A stretch of 64,000 nt of DNA from positions 1,860,001 through 1,924,000 of the forward strand of contig JASTWF010000048.1 of NCBI GenBank assembly GCA_030390025.1, read 5' to 3'. The first letter of the stretch is position 1. Every line of letters begins with the position of its first letter. Source of the DNA: Squalus acanthias (lineage: Eukaryota). Shown in pieces: positions 58,973 through 64,000 of the stretch. A program made the translations under genes and the position numbers. The notes below the pieces were generated by a model. It was given only the letters and a program-made list of their open reading frames with translations, ran no database searches and was not told where the DNA came from.

Positions 58973-60116
58973 TTTGAGAAAGAGTCGGGGAGGAGGTCAA
59001 TAAACAGGGACATTCGTGGCAATGGAGAAAGAAAGAAAGAAATAAATAGAGACAGAAATAAAGAATGAAAGAAAGAGAAACGAAAGAAAGAAAAGAAGGA
59101 AGAAAACCTAAAGAGAGGTTATTAACAGGAATTATTTTTTGAAATAGTCCCTTATGTGACAGACTACGTAGACTAGGCTTATAGTCCATTGAGTATAGAA
59201 GATTGAGCAGTGATCCTACTGAGGTGTTTAAAATGTTAAAAGTATTGGAGACTGTAGATAGAGAGAAGGTATTCCCTCTGGTGAGGGGCAGTCCAGAACT
59301 AGGGGCCATCAGCTGAGCATTAAAGCGAGGCAGAACAAGGGTCATATCTGGAGGCACCTCTTGACACAATGAATAATGAAAATCTGCAGTTCTCTCGCCC
59401 AAAGTGCTGTTGAGGCCAGAGGTCAACTGGAGATTTAAAAACTTCGATTTTTGTTGGGTAAAGGTATCATGGGTTATGGAACCAGCTGGAGTTTTGGTTC
59501 CGATACTGAACACCACATTATCGGAAGTATATGAAGCCTTTAGAGAGGGTGCAGAGGAGATTTAATAAATGGTACCAGGGACAAGGGTCTTCAGTCACAT
59601 TCAGAGACTAGAGAAGATGGGATTGTTCTCCTTCGGGCGGAGATGATTAAGGGGGCATTTAATGGAAGTGCTCAAAATCATGAAGTGTTTTGTTGGAGTA
59701 AATCAGGAGAAACTGTATTCAGTGGCAGTAGCGTCGGTCACCAGTGGGCACAAATTTAAGGACCGGATAAGGCTATAATGATGTTTTTTTTTAAATTGTA
59801 GAGCGAGCTGTTCTGGTTTGGGATGCATTGCCCGAATAGGTGGAGGAAGCAAATTCAATAATAAATTTCCAAAGGCAATTGGATACACACTTGAAGCGGG
59901 ACGTTTACTGGGCTGTGGGGCAAAGGCACGGGAATCGGACTAATTGGATAGCTCGTTGAAAGTCCCGGTACAGGAAGGTGGGGCAGAAAGACCTCCTTCC
60001 GTGCTGTATCATTCTATGATTCTATGACATGGTGGCAGAATATTTGCACGGAAATAAGGTCTTGTGCTGCCACCAGGCGGCGGGAAATGAGCATTAACTC
60101 CCATTCATCCGCTGCA

Positions 60117-60155
60117 GGTTTTTGTTGCTGGGTTGCCGCTTTCTCAAACGCTGTG
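60117..60155 (-). other. 23-RSS of V19
   Basis: CACAGCG - 23 bp - ACAAAAACC. CTCF-like gtgctgccaccaggcggc at 60064-60081. Confidence 0.95.
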
Positions 60156-61029
60156 CGATACTACAAGCACAGTAATAGACAGCGGTGTGAGACGGAGAGG
60201 CGGCGCTCAGTTCCAAAGTAAACAGCGTAGCGCTGCTTCTTTCGGCCTTAACAGACTCGGACGTGTATTTCGTAACAGCACCTGCTGTAGCAGAATAAAA
60301 AAGAGCTTCTAATGCCCGGCCGGGTTGTTGTCTATACCAGTACATTTGGTTATAGCCAGTATTCGTCAGCGTGCATCTGAGCGTGGTCGACTCTCCTGCT
60401 CCAATCGATAGGACAGAAGGCGACTGGTCCACGTACGAGGCGAGTATTCCTGTCGAATGCAACATCGATTAGTGTCTTGTTTTTGTCTATTATTTATGCG
60501 CGGACTACAGAAATAAAGAACTTCCATTCATTAAGCGCATTCAAGACCTCAGAAAGTCACAAAGCTCTTTACAATCAATGAAGTACCGATTAAAATGTAG
60601 TCATTGTTGTAATGTCCGAAAGGAGGCAGCCAATTTCAGCACAGCAAGCTCACACATACTGCATTGAAACAAATGGTTAATATTGGCCCAAAACACCGGC
60701 GGCAACTTCGCTGCTCTTCTTCATGGGATCATTTAATGTCCACCTGAGATGGCAGCTCGGTTTAACGCCTTATCTGAAAGATGGCACCTCCGATAGTGCA
60801 GCACTCCCTCAGCGCTGGTCTCGGGAGTATCAGCATAGATTTTATACTCCAGCGTCAGGAGTAAGACTCCAACCCAAAACTTTTGATTCAGAGGCAGGTT
60901 TTCTACCAGCTGAACAAGAGCTGACATTATAATACATTAAACTACAAAGACCCCTGCATAAATTTGTTAATTTGACTTACGTGGGATCAGTGCCACCATC
61001 AACGTTAGATAATAAGCTTCAGGAAACAT
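60156..61029 (-). CDS. TRBV: TCR V segment V19 (family A), functional
   Basis: Leader 60981-61029 (MFPEAYYLTLMVALIP). V exon 60156-60449 ending HTAVYYCACSI. Confidence 0.9.
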
Positions 61030-63274
61030 GATTTATTTATTCGACACTGGCTCGCTGTTGGATTGAGTATAGCTCAATACCACTTTTAAAGCCGGTTTGT
61101 CAGTTCGATCTGATTAAATACGAAGCTTCCGGTTGTAATTGTCACTCATACGTCACCTCCTGCGTAGTCAACGCTTCATCCCATTCCTTCGGTAGTTCAG
61201 CAACGTCATACAATCCTGCAGCACAGAAGGTTAAGGAGAGAACTAATAGACGTGTTCAAAATTACGAATGGTTTTGACAGAGTTGATAGGAAGAGACTAT
61301 ATCCACTGGCAGGAGGGCACAGATTTAAGATAATTAGCAGTAGAACCAACGGGAAGATGAGGGGACATAAATGTTATTACTGACAGTTGTCATGATCTGG
61401 AATGCATTGCCTGAAATTGCGGTGGAACCAGTTTCAATAATAACTTCCCAAAAGGGAATTGGATATAAACTCGATAAGGAAAAAAAAAGTGCTACGGGGA
61501 CAGAGCAAAGGAGTGGGACTCAATGAATAAGAGGGACCAAAACTAGGGACGTTATGAGATATACACTAATTAATCCAATAGGGAATTCAGGAGAAACCTC
61601 TTTATCCAAAGTGTGGTGAGAATGTGGAACTTGCTAACACGTGGAGTGGTTGAGCCAAATAGCATCGTTGCATTTAAGGGGAAGCTAGAAAGTACATGAG
61701 TGATAAAAGAATAGAAGGATATGTTAATGGTTGTATTGAAGAGGGATATGACGAAGCCCGGGGGGGTTAAATTGGATAGATCTTCAAAAGAGCCGGAACG
61801 GACCCGATGTGCCGAATGGCCTCCTTCAGTGCTGTCGGATTCTGATATTAGGAAAAACGGAAAGTTGCAGGGAAGAAATGTCCTCCTGTTACATGCCGTG
61901 CAGGTTTCAGTTCCTATGTGCTGAACGAGAATTCAAGGGTTAAATTTATTGCTGGGATGAATTCGCAGATTCTTTGAAAAACACATCAGAAGGCGCTTGG
62001 AGTCTTATAGTTAACTGTTTATCGGTTTTCAACAGATTCTGAAACTGCCTTCATGAGACAGGTGTCCCGGATACAAACATATCTGAAGCTGCGTCTCGCC
62101 TTCGTACAGTGTGAAACATCGGTGAGATGTTTAAGGGCTCTAACATTAACTGTTTCCTAATTGTATGGGGTGTTCTCCTTAGAGCAGAGAAGGTTAGGCC
62201 TAGATTTATCAGAATGGTACCAGGGATGAGGGACTTCAGTTATGTGGAGAGACTGGAGAAGCCGGGATTGTTCTCTCTACAGAAGTGAAGGTTAAGGGGA
62301 GATTTAATAGAATTAGTCAAAACGATGAAGGATTTTGATAGAGTAAATAAGGAGAAACTGTTTCCACTGGCAGAAGGTTCGGTAACCAGAGGTCACAGCT
62401 TAAATATAAGTGGAAAGAGAACCAGAGGGCGAGATAAGTAGAATTCTTATACTCAGCAGGTTATGTTCTGGAATGCACTGCTTGGAAGTGTGGTGGAAAC
62501 AGATTCAAGATAGACTGTTTTGATAGCTCTTTCACAGAGCCAGCACAGACTGGATGGGTCGAATGGCCTCCTGTTGTGTTGTATAATCGGAGCAAATGCT
62601 GTTAGATAGATGGAAGATACACATCACCCATGATCTAATTGGCTAGCAAAGCAGAGTCGAGAGGTTGAATGTCCCCCTCTTGTTCCGGTGCAACAGGCTG
62701 GAGTGGCTGTGTGGGGCTCCTCTAGTTACTGTGTAACAGGCTCGTGTGGCTGAATGGGCCTACTTCTGTACCTGTGTATACGGTCTCGAGGAGGCTTAAT
62801 TGCCTTCCCCTGTTCCTATGTAACAGGCGCAAGGGGACTGAATGGTCTCCTTCTGTTCCATATTAAACAATATTACAAGCAACCGTGTGGTTCATGCACC
62901 TAGAGTGACCTCTTCAGTCTCTGTGGAGAAAGAAAACACAGTGTCAGTGTGTGAAAGCACGACAGTCTTTTTACTTCATTTCCTTCTTTTTATCATAGTT
63001 TCTTCTTCCTTTCTTTCTGTCTTTCTGTCTTCCTTTCTCGCTGGTTTCTTTCTTTACAACATTCTTTCTTTCTATCTTACTTTCGTTCTATCGCTTTTCA
63101 CTATATTTATTTCATTCTTTCCAGCTTCTCAGTGCCTTTTTTAATCTAATTTCTCACTTTTATTCTAGCCCGTCTATTCTTCTTGTCAAACACTCGTTCG
63201 CTGTGCAAAATAAACCCAACGCGACGCGGCACCGAGCGGTTTTATCTTAAACAGGTGTTTTCTGCCGCCTTTGG

Positions 63275-63313
63275 GGTTTTTGTTGAGCTCCTCCATCTCA
63301 ATGAGTCAATGTG
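63275..63313 (-). other. 23-RSS of V20
   Basis: CACATTG - 23 bp - ACAAAAACC. Confidence 0.92.
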
Positions 63314-63803
63314 CAGACTCCAGGCGCAATAATACACGGCCGAGTTATTCGCTCGCAGGCTGGAGGACTTCAGGTTGAACTCGTTGTCATTTGGTCGCTC
63401 AGCGGCAAAACCGTCCACCGTCCCCTCTGCAGTGACACGTTGTACAGTTAGGGAGATAAACATCAACTGCGGCTCATTCCCTGGATATTGTCTATACCAG
63501 TACATGTAAGGGTTACTTGCTCCCTCCACAGAGCATTTCAGTTCCATTTCATCACCAGGAATTTTGGAGACAGCGGCGGGAGTCTGGCGGATGCTCTGCG
63601 AGTTCACATCTGGGAACGAGACAGGGAGAGGAGGAGGTCATTAAACAGGGACTACCGGTCACCGGAAAAAGAAAGAATACGGAATGAAAGAAAGAATAAA
63701 GACAGAAAGAAAGAAAACGTAAAGAAAGGCTATTAACAAGAATTAATTTTTGAAATAGGTCCTTACAGGGAAAGAATATCATTAGACCCAGTAACATATA
63801 CAT
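63314..63803 (-). CDS. TRBV: TCR V segment V20 (family G, TRBV30-like), functional
   Basis: Leader 63767-63803 (MYMLLGLMIFFP, GTAAGG donor). V exon 63314-63609: VNSQSIRQTP..LKCSVEGASNPYMYWYRQ..RPNDNEFNLKSSSL..YYCAWSL. Confidence 0.92.
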
Positions 63804-64000
63804 TTTTTGCTGGAAGCTTTTCTCTTAACAATGAAAAGAGCGAGAACAGGAGAGTTGTGTCTTGTGAGGTTCCAACCCGCTCTGTTCAAATCATTGAGGA
63901 AAGCATGAAGAGCGTGAGGAAGTGATGCAGGTTTGGACTGTCCAACCCCTACCTCCCTGATTGACAGCCCCGCCTCTCCCTCTCTGATTGGCAGGCCAGC

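Noticed and set aside
63820-63906. Hydrophobic stretch (TTLLFSLFSLL) as the V20 leader, with homologues at ~50900 and ~53290
   Set aside because: It has an upstream in-frame stop and no proper donor. A correct phase-1 leader exists at 63767-63803 (and 50846-50882).
1-64000. D, J or C segments
   Set aside because: I saw no 12-RSS-flanked segment, FGxG J motif with donor, or C-domain exon by eye. Short N gaps could hide small elements.

Overview
Vertebrate genomic DNA with nine N gaps. The repeat content (CR1/L2-like LINEs, SINE-derived minisatellites, Penelope remnants) points to a cartilaginous fish, which is my inference. The window is the interior of a T-cell receptor V-segment array, most likely TCR beta. 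I find 20 V segments, all on the minus strand: 14 apparently functional, 1 intact ORF with a defective heptamer (V15), and 5 pseudogenes or fragments. Functional genes have a leader exon, a phase-1 intron, a V exon and a 23-bp-spacer RSS. They fall into about 7 families (my labels A-G) built by tandem segmental duplication. No D, J or C segment was recognised. The most notable observations are: (1) tandem ~44-bp arrays of full CTCF motifs (core plus upstream module) just downstream of family-A RSSs, with further CTCF motifs near other families all in the same orientation; (2) a divergent V with nine germline CDR3 codons and a D-beta-like tract, possibly a germline V-D join; (3) a V family with a conserved C-x5-C across CDR2; (4) a 105-bp exact inverted copy of one V's CDR1-CDR2 inside a neighbour's leader region; (5) two promoter architectures (ETS-CRE and PBX/PREP-GC box); (6) Penelope-type minimal hammerhead ribozymes. 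All family assignments come from motif recognition by eye, not database searches.
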